Source: Phoronis australis | Taxonomy: Eukaryota; Animalia; Phoronida | Direction: 5' to 3' | Length of the DNA stretch: 64,000 nt | NCBI GenBank assembly: GCA_002633005.1 | Contig: NMRA01000564.1 | Span: 89,438-153,437, forward strand | Shown: in pieces, positions 1 through 13,300 of the stretch | How positions within the stretch are numbered: position 1 is the first letter of the stretch | Layout of the letters: every line of letters starts with the position of its first letter | Notes under the pieces: model-generated | Databases searched by the model: none | What the model was told of the DNA's origin: nothing | What the model saw: only the letters and a program-made list of their open reading frames with translations | Made by a program: the position numbers and the translations under genes

Positions 1-30
<30 letters not shown>

Positions 31-33
<3 letters not shown>

Positions 34-132
34 AAACTTAGTGGAAGAGCAACATACTTGGCGAAATTTATTTCGCCAAGTAACAAACATAGTGTCAGAG
101 CAATATACTTGGCGAAATTTATTTCGCCAAGT
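31..132. repeat. Two 51-bp tandem units, each containing a 26-bp hairpin (ACTTGGCGAAAT-TT-ATTTCGCCAAGT), following a poly-A run; probably a transposon subterminal repeat
   Basis: Units 31-81 and 82-132 are nearly identical; the palindromes are at 56-81 and 107-132. Confidence 0.8.
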
Positions 133-214
133 AATAATTATTCACTCTGGCACAAAGTAGTCACGCACAGGCGGTCGCATATCGATGTCGCATGTTGAGT
201 TTCCTTTAGCAAAA

Positions 215-290
215 CTTTCAGCCAATGAGAACAGCGAATAAATTTTGTGCGGAACAACACTTCCGTCAACCAACAGGTGGCAGTATATAC
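215..290 (+). promoter_or_regulatory. Putative EXOG promoter (CCAAT box, ETS-like CACTTCCGT, CTCF-like CCAACAGGTGGCAG)
   Basis: AGCCAATGA at about 220, CACTTCCGTC at about 258, CCAACAGGTGGCAG at 270-283; upstream of a probable non-coding first exon ending at donor GAG|GTAAAT (about 402). Motif matches only. Confidence 0.35.
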
Positions 291-773
291 TTTCTATAGT
301 ACACATGTCAATGTTTTTTCTGTAGGCGGTGTCATCAGTGGTCTACAATGTACCTGGGTCGATGAAATACCTGTTTTACGTTTGAACTGTTGTTATTTGA
401 GGTAAATATTGACAGCTAACACAAGTAGGTTCTCGTTTTTCATAGCAGCACAGTCGTAATCGTCGAGTCCTAATTGATAATCGCACGCAGAACTTGTCTA
501 ACGCCGGGGACAGTGTCGTACATATGTAGATTAGACGCAGTAGGATACCTACTCTCTACAGTATTAGTGGTTATCCCCTGTATGAACTAGACCAACGTTG
601 TGAGCTTATTTCGAGCCTTTATAACACACATCATATAAATAAACGTCTCAATACTCACCCTGGGTGATTTCCTGTGGAATGACCCTATTGTGCAATTTAT
701 TTTTGATTTGTTTTTAGTTTAGGACTGTTTAGGTATCAGTGGCTTGCGTCGCAGGTCAGTCGCCTGTGTCTGG

Positions 774-3700
774 ATGTCTAACGTTGGAGGGTTTTCTAGA
801 GGTTTTGCTTCGGGTGTTGTGGTATCAAGCATTCTCTACGGGATCTATGAATATCTTAATGGAAGCTCATCACATGTGGACGAAGACTCTCAAAGGACAA
901 AACAAGGTATGCTCATGGTGCAATTGCTGAGAGATTGAGGAGTTGTGCCTCGCGACTCATTTCCACACCATTGATTGTTTGGATGTAACTGGTACGTGTA
1001 TAGTATATTTTAACGTTTGAAAGCCACTGTTTCTGTTTGGTGATTAATTTCAGTGAGCATCTGAAAAATCAAATAACTATACAATTTCGGCCATTCTTTT
1101 TGTTCCAATTTTAGGAAACTTTGCCGCACACACTCTTTGTGATGACAAGAAGTATGTGACCTTTTCGAATGCATTGATTTGGCGCAATTGTAATGAAAAT
1201 CTGTAATTTTTTACATCAATCTGCTATTCGTTATTTAGCTGGCAAAAACTGAAACATGCCTTTTACTCTCATAAATCTGATCTCGTAGTATTCCTTACCG
1301 TGATAGGGTCCTATTTTCATTGCCAATGAGAACGTTTCTCCATCAGCAATGCTTCAGAGTTTATGGGATTAACCAACCCTATATTTGCAAATCGAAAGTG
1401 GTGGGCGTGTACGCCTTCGCTGTGACTTAAGTTGGTCACCAAAGTTGAATCACTGACAAATACTGTGGAACTGGTTTCATGAGAGTAGTGAAAGGCCTAT
1501 TTCAATTTATTAGCCAGCTAAACCAATTGCAGATTTAAGGGGGGGGCATGGCCCCCCTAAAATTCTCCGAGCTTCCATTTGGCAGTTCAGGGGTGCGAAT
1601 GTCTGATGGGTAAAGTCCTGGCTAATACTCTGCCCTGCCCCCCAACTCAAAATCCTGGATCCTGGGNAAATACCAGTCTGCACTAGTTCACATCTGCTGT
1701 GATGGTATGTCCAATAAGCAATTTCCTACACCTTATTCACGCAGTCACCATTTTAAAAGTGAGCCTCTTTTTAAGTTTTAAAAGCAATGCCTTCTGCGCT
1801 TAATAGCACTGCTAAGCGTGATTTTTTCGCGTGTCTCGTTTTATTTATGTCTCAAATGCTTTTTTTTAACCTAAAAAGAAGCTTACTGTTAAAATGGGAC
1901 TGTGTGAACAACATCTATATGTAATAGTTTTAAATTCTGTTGATGATCAAATGTCTCTGCATTTTAATTTCTGTAGTTGCTATTAGTTCAGTCTGCTGTC
2001 ACTTGCTAGTGTCAGTGCAAACTTGGCAGCCTAAAGCAGTTCTGTGTTATGTTTTACAGATGAGTTAAATAAGGTGCGAGGTAAAGAGATACTGAAGTAT
2101 GGTATCCCAGACCGAGGCCCCGACGTTATGTACTACAGGTATGTCCAGTCCAAAGGACCATTGCTTTTCTACGTCATCTGAAGCATGAAAATTGTGGCAT
2201 AGTTCAATAACTCCAAGAAAGTGATTTCTAACATTTTCTTGCTGGGATAGAAATTGGTTTCTAACGTCAAAACATGGTTTCTGCTGTTTATAGAAAGTGT
2301 GGACAATCACAAAATGTCTAGTTTCCAATATCACCACGAACTGAAAGTCACCAATATTAACAATTAAAACAGAAAGTAATGACTGTTAACTGCTGTAATT
2401 TATTTGATGCAGTAGTTTTGGTTGCACTGTGTTGTGCTGTACCCTCTTTCTTGTTTAATTACAGAAACCATGCACTGTGTTATGATCAAGGTAAGCGGAC
2501 ACCGCTGTGGGTAGCTGAGCATCTTACCAAAAGGAGGCTGAAGGGTGAGGCCAATAGGCAGCGCTCCAAATTCAGCCCAGACCCCGCCATTGCCAAGGTG
2601 TTTACAGCTACCAATCAAGACTATTGGAAAAGTGGATGGTCACGTGGTCACATGGCACCAGCTGGTGACAATAAACACGATCAGGTATGCTGTGCAGGGG
2701 TTTCCAAAAACTTTACTAATTTGTTGAAATTTATATAGCTTCTTATGTTTTTCGTTGGCCTCTTGAAGGTGGCAGTATTGTTGTTATTGGTACTGCTGTA
2801 TTTGTAATCGGCACAGGATACAGGAGACATTTTGTCACTCCTAAAGTTCTCAACTGTATTTTGACAACTCCAAAGATTTCAAACTTTGATCTAATAAATC
2901 TGTTACCAAAGCATTTAATTTCTTCAACAGTTTTCTCCGTACAATGGGTTCTAGTGATGTTCACATCATTTTGAGCTTGTGTTTTGTAATCTCATTAATT
3001 TGCATTTATTATCAGAAGAAAACACTTTGTTTGTACTCTGATGTGCATGACACATCACACGGAAGAAAAATGTGATTTGATGAGATATGGCGCAACTTCC
3101 AACGCATCTGAGACATAACATAATCCATCATGCTGCTTGATACCGCAAATAAAAATTCACACAAGCAAATTCTGTCAATAGAATTGTTGTGAATAAACAG
3201 TAATTTACCAGAAAAACTCGCATTGTTTCAAAGTTTAGATAAGTGAAGAGTTAGTCAGTCCAGCCCGCATCGAGGACCTTTTCTAACAGGAGACACTCTT
3301 GCTAAAACAGTCGCCACTAAAACGTGTGACAGGTCATTGACTGCACGCTCTAGCGACCAAACTGGGAAATGTACCACTTCTTGTGTGGGCTTTTGTGCGG
3401 TATATGAGTGAGTTCATATGTAATGGTGTTTGTAAATTCAGTAACTTGCAATTGCATTTCAGTCAAGTATGGATGATACCTTCCTACTTAGCAACATAGT
3501 ACCACAGGATATCAAAAATAACGCTGGCTACTGGAATCGTTTAGAGATGTATTGCCGAGACCTGACAGAGAGGTTTGATGATGTGCGTGTTATCTCGGGG
3601 CCATTGATTATACCAGCTCACTCAGAGGATGGAAATCGCATAGTGAAATACCCAGTGAGTGTGTAGGGACTCTGACAAGTTTGCTGTAGTAAAGAGTGAC

Positions 3701-5786
3701 AAGGATTTCTGTCAAATCAAAGGCAAAGTTTGCATTTTGTAAATATGAGGGTAGCCAACCGCAAACTTATAAGAACCCAAGTACCTGCGGCAGTTTTTAA
3801 TGTAAAAAACAATTTGAATTGACCTTTGACACTATAAGGTTCCTGTCAGTTTGTATCTTACTCAGGAGACATGTACTGTGACTACAAGTGAGTCATTATT
3901 GTTCAAGGCCAACTCAAGAATTCGAAATTCACTGGTTCCCATTCACTTTCTGCAGTGGAAGCAGTGTGACCTAGGGGGATAAGAGTCCACTTCCTTTATT
4001 CAAGATTGTGGGTTCGAGTCCCACTGAGGCACACTGCTAGATCCTTGAGTCAAGTCCCTTGTAGCTGTTCAGCTCGGTTTTATAACTCTGTATTATCAAA
4101 GCATAAAAATAGTTCTAAGTGATCAGTGCACCAAAATTAGTGATCTGGTCGTCAATTGACCTATCGCAACCTCTGCTCCCTTGCAAATAGTCGACAAACA
4201 AACAAAAAGTTTTACCTGACAAGGTTTTGTTTGTCGGGTAAAATGGCTGCTTGAAAACAAAGGTGTGTCAACAATGCAGCATTCTGATTGGTCAATTTAG
4301 CTGTCACTCAAAATCCTGGCAATAGGTCAATTGGAAATAAGTTGTCTTCGTTTTCTGTATGCAGTCCGTGCCAAAATACCCAACAAAATTACCCATAATT
4401 CCATGTATGATGGCTGGCCTCAAATGGAATTCCCATCAGGATGGCTGAGGTCAAACAGTGGTCGCCATCAGTGTAGCTAGAATGACCGTTTCCACCATTA
4501 TGACAGGTATTGATGGTTATAATGGAGAAATGGTATGTTGTATAATTACTGTTGATGTGGGTTGCTGGTAGAGGTACCATAAGGTGTGAAGCAGATACAA
4601 TGTACCTGAGTAATAAAGTCCTCCCAGTGCCACCTTTATGTAACAAATAAGAGTTTCGAAAGAGCAGGTGTGACGTTGCCTATACATGACTGTGTCTGCT
4701 GTGTTACCCAAACTTATGATAATGTAACTGACTTGGTTAATTAATTAATTAATTAAATCAATAAGTTGATTGCAAACGAGGTAGTAAGGTCGTTGACTGC
4801 ATTTAAAAAGTGATTGTGTAAGTGCATTCCCTCCTCATGCTTCTGTGGCACGTCTCTGAAAAATTCATCAAGCCATTTCATCAAAATTCACTGCCAAATA
4901 ATTTCTTATGGAAAACTAAAGTGACCAACGGCGTTGTCTCGGTAGTCAAATCTTTCAGAAAATTCACTGGTGCCGGGGCATTCCATCCACAGACATAGAT
5001 ATGGAGTTTCAGCAAAAAGTGAATGTACAATGAATTTCTTATGGAAAACTAAAATCCCAGTCATGATGGCTGGTTGGAAGTCGAATTCATTATCATAGTC
5101 TTCCCGCATGACTGTGAATAAACTGAAATTGTCTGGAAAATTAGTAAGGTGGGCAAGCCATTCTGTAATTACAAGTTGTCCCCATACTAGTTATTACCAT
5201 TTTGCTGTAAATAGAATTGGGTGTCATTACTGGGAGATGGTATTTCATCTGATTACATTTGTCTTGTACTCTATAATGTATTTGTACCATGTATATTGTT
5301 GATCATTCATTTCTTAACCCTTGTTTTCAGGTACTTGGGAAATCGCTGGTTGCTGTGCCATCTCATCTTTTCAAAATCATCATAGCTGAACGAAAGGATA
5401 TGACAGCGCTCGGTGTGTTTCTTATTCCTAATATGGACATTCCATCCACGAACAGTGACCTGCAAAATTATCAATTATCCATGGAACACTTAGAATCTCA
5501 CGCTGGTCTCAAGTTTGTCCCCCAGCTGAACAGGGCAAAAACCCGAAATCTTTGCCATGTGGATTCGTGTTTGCTAACGTCTCAAGCCAAGCTTGAAATG
5601 TATATGCTGACACGACAATTGGAGAATGCTCAGAGTTTAGACAGCGTGGAGAAAATTTGGATTAGTGCTCAGGAGTTGAAATTGAAGCCGGATAAACACT
5701 TGACACAGCTGTACAATAGAAAACGTGAGGAGTTAAGCTCCGCGTTAACAGAAGACTTGCCTGTTGCTGGCTCAGTTGTCAGTTGA
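774..5786 (+). CDS. EXOG: Nuclease EXOG, mitochondrial (EndoG-family DNA/RNA non-specific endo/exonuclease), about 359 aa, 5 coding exons
   Basis: Exons 774-906, 2060-2138, 2465-2684, 3463-3654 and 5331-5786 join in frame with GT-AG boundaries (1080 nt). N-terminal GFASGVVVSS hydrophobic segment, KYGIP, NHALCYDQGKRTPLWVAEHL, WSRGHMAPAGDNK (SRGH as in EXOG, versus DRGH in EndoG), FLLSNIVPQD..NNAGYWNRLEMYCRDLTERF, VAVPSHLFK and a C-terminal helical extension. Confidence 0.95.
1527..1663 (-). mobile_element. Short (about 140-150 bp) MITE family, copy 1, in an EXOG intron
   Basis: Reverse-complement match to 6788-6942 and 36193-36338 (GGATCCAGGATTTTGAGTT...CAGACATTCGCACCCC...GGCATGGCCCCCC). Confidence 0.75.
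3962..4130 (+). mobile_element. tRNA-derived SINE, copy 1
   Basis: B-box GGTTCGAGTCC followed by a body (CACACTGCTAGA.CCTTGAGTCA...AAAAATAGTTC..GTGATCAGTGCA) shared with 51350-51484. Confidence 0.7.
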
Positions 5787-5820
5787 GAAGGCATTTTGTA
5801 GTGATGTGTGTAAGGAACTT

Positions 5821-6332
5821 CAGGGCTTGGAATTTTCCGCGGAAACGCGGATTTCCGCTTTTTTGAAATGTGCTTTCCGCTTTTTTTATAATATTTCCGC
5901 GTAAAAAATCGGATTTGATATGAAATTTCCGCGGTAAATTCCTTTCTTACTGCGGCGTTGCAGACGACGTTCACCTCGGAAAGCGGAAGTTGCTCTTTAT
6001 GTTTCGGAGGAACGTAAATTGTCAACATTGGCGGGGCATCTGGGTAAAGCGTGGTGTGATTTTCAATGGCGGCTCGTGTTATTGTTAAGCGCGGCGACAA
6101 ATACTACCGCTCTGCAGCCAAATTTGTGTGGGTTGGGAGTGGACGGGCGAGCGAAAAGGATGCAGACGCATGCTACTGATGGTGGTAACGTTTTTTTTTT
6201 CTTTTTTTTTTTTAGTCCTCCCAATTTTTGTCGCGGAAAGGTTCACATTGACCATTTCAAAGGCTGGTTATCGGGCATGATTTGGGCCGTAAAAGTTTCC
6301 GCGTTTTTTGTCATTGGTCATTCCAAGCCCTG
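5821..6332. mobile_element. 512-bp non-autonomous DNA transposon (hAT-like CAGGG termini) inserted just after the EXOG stop codon
   Basis: Perfect 13-bp TIR CAGGGCTTGGAAT...ATTCCAAGCCCTG; 6-bp TSD GAACTT at 5815-5820 and 6333-6338. Confidence 0.85.
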
Positions 6333-6787
6333 GAACTTACAGTACGCGATTTTATTAAATTTAAACTATAAAATGATTTGGTGTCTCAGTGATACAAATT
6401 TAAAAAACTCATATTTGAGGTAAATACATGAACCCCGAAACATTTTCTAGTTTCTCAGAAAATGTATACCCAAGCTTTTAGCTTTCAATTTTTAACTTTT
6501 CTATGCTGTCTTTGATTTAATAAATGACCTCCGTTAGGGTAGACGATCTCCCTGAAATTTTCCATTAAAAGTTATGTCAGACCTCATTTACAGGTTTGTG
6601 CATTTAACTGAATAACTAGAGGAGTATAGCAATTATCTCTGTAAATCTACATTATTATGGAAGGTAGGAAATCTGTAGACTTGAAATGTTTAGCTTGATA
6701 CCAATCTATCATTAATTGGGTCTGGTGAATTTTTGTTAACTTCAGGAATCATTAAAGTCCTATATTTGACTATCCCTCATGCAATAC

Positions 6788-6942
6788 AAGGGCCGATCCA
6801 GGATTTTGAGTTAGGGGGAGCAGGGCTGAGTATTAGCCAGAATTTTGCCTGTCAGACATTTGCACCCCCAAACTGTCAAATGGAATCTGGGATAATTTAA
6901 GGTGGGCCATGGCCCCCTTGCCCCACCTCTAAATTCGCCACT
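6788..6942 (+). mobile_element. Short MITE family, copy 2
   Basis: Matches 1527-1663 (inverted) and 36193-36338. Confidence 0.75.
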
Positions 6943-7819
6943 GCAATAGGCAAACATTTTAAAATAATTCCTAAATTCCTAGCAGCGTGTTGGAGAATAG
7001 TACACAATGTAAAGTATGGGAAACTTTCATAACCTGCATTTTGGGCAGGAGTTATACCGAGTTATAGAGGCGCCAGTATTAGATACCATGTAATTCGCTG
7101 TGGATCGATTGCCATGGCAAAATAATGCATTCTTGGTAATTTACGGATTCAGCATCAATGTTTGTAGTCATGGTAACATCTGTAATCGTATTCCCATTAA
7201 ATTTGTTCAATTCTGAGGTTGTTTGAATGAATTTTACACTGAAATTCCCGTGAAGAATAGTGTACATTTAACTTACATAGTAGCATCAGGACTAGACCCA
7301 GTCATATCAACACAAAGCACTAGGGAACAAGACAGGGACCAATTGAGGCAGAATTTTCATATGTTTGACACTGTTACATCAGTCCGTAAAAGTCATAAAA
7401 TTTGTTGTTATATGTGCTATGGCACACGACAAGCCAGTTGGTGGTCATTACACCTGTATTATGGAAATGGTTTTGAAGTACTGCATCTTTCAGCAAAGAG
7501 TGACGTGAAACTACTAATGAGCACAGACGTCTAATCTGCCCTCTGGAAAAAAATACATGTGAGCACTCTTCAGACATCTAAACCTGCCTTCTCATGGTTG
7601 GACCACAGTGAAATCCATTCGCTTTGGTCATCATCACATTTTTGGGGTCTGAAAATTTCTGGCAACGCATTGACCTAGTCGGTGAAAATCAATAATTGTA
7701 AATAACAGGATGTAGATAAAGTGAAAAGTTTAGAACCAAAGCATTGCCAAGTACATCAACTCTATAGGTAGGCTAGATGAACGTTTAGGTGCAGGGAAGC
7801 AACGCCCAGGCGAATTTTT

Positions 7820-8370
7820 CGTTTAGTTAAATTTCAAAAAGGATGTGTCAACTGCTCGTCAGTTAGTCGAATTTTCTCCCAAAAAGCAAAGCACGTCTCC
7901 TTATTTGGCATGGTAAGACTTACACGAAGCACGCTTCCCTTATATGGAAAATATGACCTTTGACCTTTGATGTTAACAAAACAATGGTGACCTCAAGCAG
8001 CAGCCAGCCCGATGAAGAGGCAATTGATTTAAGTCGTAACTGTTTAAAATTAGCTAGATAAAGTATGTACTATGCAAACATATTCTAAAATGCATTTGGA
8101 ATTATTTTTAGAAATTTGCTTGCGTGCGTCACTGGATTGTCTCATACTGTGCTGTTGACCTCAGTCAGAGTTCGATGACACTTGATCTGCCGTTAATATC
8201 CGTCTTATCAGTCAGCTGTTTGTCGAATGACTGTGAGCGCATGCGTGCCGCGTTTATCATAAGTGGGAGGAAGATTACTAGACACTCTGTGGTGAATACA
8301 GAGTTTTTCCTTCGTACGTTTCAAAAATCGTGAAATTATTGATTTTTTCTGGAAATCCCCTCCTATTGGA
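7820..8370 (+). repeat. Dispersed repeat family (TGACCTTTGACC-containing), copy 1
   Basis: CAACTGCTCGTCA...AAAGCACGTCTC...GGAAAATATGACCTTTGACC and downstream blocks are shared with 57150-57430 and 63480-63780. Confidence 0.7.
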
Positions 8371-10316
8371 AAGTGAGCTTTCGCGTTATATGCCTCTTTA
8401 AATTATCAATTCTTTAAGCTTTAAGGCAGTGTTTGAAATGAGAAGGCACCTTCAATTTGAGTTGAAGTTTGTTTAGATTATTTCCTTAATAACTTAATTT
8501 TACCTACATTCGATTTTTTATAAATGCTTTGAAAGTCGTGGAGCTCTATTTTATTGTTATTGAAGTCGTATATGCTCATGCAATGTGATGTTCAAGGAAT
8601 CATTATTTAACACATGCATGTAAATTAAGTTTAGTTCTCCTTGTGTGTCATTGGTGGCGCAGTGTGCAAGTGCTCGGCTCGGTTTGCTCCGTCAGGGTAT
8701 GGCACGAGGTCTACTCCTGCAGGTGACTTCTGTTTTATTGTTTTTTATTGTTATTATGAAATTCATGGCCATGGCCCAAAAATTGGACATGGACTCCTGT
8801 CATTCAAACTTAAATCAGTTTCATACATATTCCTATCATAAATGTCAATTTCAAGTCGCTAGCTTTTGAGATAAAAGATTTTTTGTTGTACATGTATGTT
8901 GTTTTTGTGTTTCACAAATTTGAGAACTGATACCATAAATTCACAAAATTTGAAGTCTCTAACAATAAAACTGTAAGAGTTGTGGCGTTTTAAAATTTGA
9001 TACTTTAAGACCGCCCTCCTTTTTTACAAATATTGCAGGTTCACGCAGAAAGATCCCATACCCTAGAAAAGAATTTTTTGAAGCGAGCATGCCCGTGGCT
9101 TATAATGTGCAAGATTAAAGCACTCCACTAGAAAATTGTCAAAGAAGCATTTTAAAGACATTGTTTTTTAAGCTTCCTTGTGCATTGTTGATAATAAATA
9201 GAGTATCGCAAACTATTAATTTTACGTGCCGTACTGTGTATATGAAAATTCAAGTTTCTAGCATTGGCAGTTTAAGAGTTATTGAATAGAAAAGATAGAA
9301 ACCCTAAAAGAACAGTAGAGTATGAGCAGGGAAACAAACCTTTGTCCCAAAGCGATCACGTGATCTGCCATTTTAAATTTGTTTCCGGAATTCTTTTGGG
9401 AAGTGACCCCAGAGCGGTAAGCTGCTCCCCTATGACGTTGTGTTATCTGCCAATTACTGTAATTTGATTTTTATTGGTGGTTTGTAAATTGAAGCCGTTC
9501 TTGGAAAACAATTGAAAACATGTGTGTCAACAAATGAAAAAAAGAACACGGGCACGAATTTTATTTAATTTTTGAAAATTGTTTTAGAGAACGACACTTC
9601 GCCGCACAGATACACGCCCAATTGGTCTTGGATACGGACATAATATCGTGTTGAAAGTGGAAACACATAGGAAATATGTAGGTCTGGGCAATTTGAGCTT
9701 GTAAGTATCAAATTATTCTTCACACAAGGCGCAGAACATCAAATTCGTAGGGTTGAAAATTTGCATTTTGCATGTGACCTCGGTAAGTGAAAACCTAGCT
9801 ATGGTGACAGTCCTCTGGCTGAAACTTGGACCGTGTTCCGTAGTGCAAGTTTCTTGCTAGAAAAGTGAGATCGTGGAAGTTTTCTGTATGCATTACGAGC
9901 GAAGTACGTGATCACACTGGCTTTGAGAAGGAGCTGCCTTGTAGCGGAACAGGTCCTAGGTTAGCACCATTACGTCTACGGAACTCGGACAAAAATCTAC
10001 GTTGCTTGTACATGTACCTCACAGAAGGTCGCCATCTGTTGTGTGTAATTACGTGTGTGACTGGATATGTTAATTTTCAGGCGGAACTATTTCAGAAAAT
10101 TTGAACAAATACCGTTCTACAGAACTCGAGTGACTGTCTACACATGAGTGTTTACCTTTGTATTTATCTGCCCGCTGTCAAACTGGCCCCTGTTTCTTCG
10201 CATTATATTTTGAAAATTTGTTTTTATCCTGTATTAATTTTACAGTACAACATTGAAGAGATCTCGTAATGACGCTGAAGGTTATTTTGAACTAAAATTC
10301 GGGTACAGACGGTGTA

Positions 10317-13300
10317 ATGGCGCACTTTCAAGCTGTACTGAACTTTGTACTGTTGGGAGTAACAATATTCATATGCCCGTCGTTGCCGTGTGACTTGCGT
10401 CAATGGACGTCTTGGAGTGACTGCACTGCCCAGCCTTGTCAAGGAGGGGTCCGGTCGAGATCTCGTGATTTATCAGAAGTGACTAGAGACTGCCATGGCT
10501 TGAGATGCTGGGAATGTGGCAAATGTGACCACGCAGTGCACACGTGTCTGGAACACCAGATTTGTTTTAGGGACTTACAAAGTGCAGTTGTTCTTCAAAC
10601 TCTTCCCGGGGAGTGCTCTGAAAAGTCTTTTGAAGGTAAATATGGTTAATCTACTTATTCCTTTTTCGTTAAACAAAACTGGAAAATGTGAATGCCTTCA
10701 CAAAAACCCTGTCGAATTTTGACTGATAAAACTGTTGCTTTGAGTTCGCATAATTTTAATACGAAACTGGAAACAAGTCGACCGTTACTTTCTGTTATAG
10801 GGTCTATGTAGCCAATGTTTCGAAAATTGTCAAATTTCTTTTGAAACGTTTTTGTGCGGATCTGCAAAATTAAATAAATCTTGACTGAGTTAGGAATATA
10901 AGTGATTCCCTGCTTGGCCCTCGGACCAATGCCAGGCCTTTAACCTCCAGACAATGCCAGAAACACCTCGCTAACCACTGAAGGCTGCTGAGCAATGTTT
11001 TGGTTTCGTTCCAACCTTGGTTCCGTGAGAATGTACAAGTGATTCAACCACAAGTTAACGAATGACGAAATGTTGATGTATGAATTGTAACGATCTGCTT
11101 ACATGTAGGATTTTAAATCTTGTTTTGACAATTGCATCCCAAATAGGTCCTTGTGGGTGTATTTTAAAAACCCTTATCCAAAGACCTTTCTTTCTAAAAT
11201 GATACGTTTCTTCAAGCATTCTGAACATAAATCAATACGTATCAAGCCCTCTGTTAACGATAAATAAAGATGTCTTTATGGGACGTTTTTCGTGTGTTTA
11301 TTCCCATTCTTAGTGCGTTGGTTAAATAGTTCCTGTTGAATTGAAAACACGTCGGTATTTGCCGATTTGTAACGAAAACGCCATGTTCATCCACGAGGCG
11401 CTCTTTGATGCTACTTAAGGTGTCTTTCATTTAGCCACATGCTGTAGCTTGCAGAAAGGGAGAGGGGCGCGATGTCACCGGGCATCCACATCGGGGGAGG
11501 GCATCCGATCACTATGAATATTTATTTTAATTCTGACTGATTTGTAGTTTAAATGAATGAAGTTTAAATTTTCTGTTTCACCTTTTTTACTTTTCTTAGT
11601 ACTAGAGTTATACATACTCTCAGAGTGCCTTCCCTGATTGTGAATGGGTCCCGAGTGGCAGGAGTTATACATACTATGTTCAGAGTGCCTCCCCTGATTG
11701 TGAATGGGTCCCCAGCAGCAGGAGTTATATGTAATCCCCTTCAGAGTGCCTCCCCTGATTGTGAATGGGTCCCCAGCAGCAGGAGTTATACATACTCTGT
11801 TCAGAGTGCCTCCTCTGATTGCAGCAGGAGTTTAAAACTAAGTTCCCTAAGTACTGTTATGAGGCATTTGGTTTTGACGATTTTCACCTCACTCGTGTTG
11901 AAAATTCCTGTGTTTAAAATTGCCAATTTCCGTGTAACTTGATAACAAAATGATAAGAGGCTGAAACTCAGAGTTCTTGTTCATTGTGTCATTACTAAAC
12001 AAAAAATGTCTCGGACACATTTAAACGGTCAAATTGAAACAATAGAAACCAGTGAAATAGTAGTAAAAATAAGCTTTTTCAAAAAATTCATCATCACCTA
12101 GTGGTAGAATATAATATCACANGAGCGACGAGGTTGGTTGTTGTCACAAAATATGATAAAGTGACAATCGTGAGGTAACAAGTAGACAAAAGTAGGCCAA
12201 ACACAGACATCAATTCTGGATCAGTTCCCGTCGACTTTTACCAGAGTCGCTCACACCCTATCACAAACAATACCCATCACACGGCAGGCTTGTATAAAGA
12301 TGCCAATTCAACAGAAAATTCAACCTCATCAAACCCTGTCCTCCTGTTCCGCCAGGGCGTCTTACCTCCCTTCAATACAAAAGTCATCTACGGTCGACAG
12401 TAACACTTTTGAAACACATTGGGTGAATCTCGGTAAAATGTAAGAAATGTTGAGTTGTGTTAGTCTCGAGTTTACAGGGCATGCAAGAACCAAACATGGC
12501 TTGTAGAGCAATACACCAAAAAACTGAATTCCTCATTTTTGCTCAAAGTTTCAATGACATACAACAAAGTAGTGAAAATTGTTAGAAAGGATGATTTTTT
12601 AAATTAAAAAAAAAATGTTGGCAGTTTATAATGTCATCCTCATATAAGGGGTGCTCTCCATACCAAAATATGTTTTCAGTGATATTTTTAAGTTGTCTTG
12701 GTGTGCGGTTTGATGACCAAAAAAGCATCGCCAGCATGTTATTTTAGAGCTTACGCGAACATTTTCCTTCAAAAACTTTTTGGTTGCCCCTGGTTACATC
12801 CTAGCTTCGCCTTAACATTCACTGCAATACATGTATACATGTATGTTGATTGTATTCGACAACAAGAAAGTGGTCTCAGACTGGCTTTATTTTATACATA
12901 CCAAAACAATTACAGTAATTGCCTGCATTATGTACATTCCAAACAATAAATGTGATTATGTTGGACTTGCATGTACACTCAGGACCCAGTTTGGTATATC
13001 TCCAGTTAAAGACAAAGTTCTCTTTGGTGGACAGTTTAGATCAGATTCATAGAAACAGCTCTAAACGTTGTTTTAACAATAGTACTACGTATGAAATTGA
13101 AAAACTTAGCACTTCCGTTTCACCCGCGCTCTGTTCAGATCACCCCTGTTGCGCTACGGTTGACAACTGAAGGTGAAGTCGGATATTAAGTGCTAGTCCA
13201 GTGCATGTTTTTATGTGAAGTGTTAAGTGTGCTTGTGTGGAATGAGTTTTCGTAAATCTTTCTCGCAAAATAACTAATATCCAAAACCTGTATTTATTCA

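Noticed and set aside
31-132. Palindromic repeats resembling a CRISPR array
   Set aside because: Only two units, the intervening sequences are near-identical rather than unique spacers, there are no cas genes, and the context is eukaryotic.
5669-6423. 143-aa and 134-aa ORFs
   Set aside because: They are antisense to or overlap the EXOG end and a non-autonomous transposon, and show no protein features.
7079-7577. Possible small gene between EXOG and the RTK
   Set aside because: Short ORFs with no recognisable motif or consistent exon chain.
11605-11942. 60-bp repeat array / 105-aa ORF as CRISPR or a repeat protein
   Set aside because: Ordinary intronic minisatellite; the ORF is a by-product with no splice or domain support.
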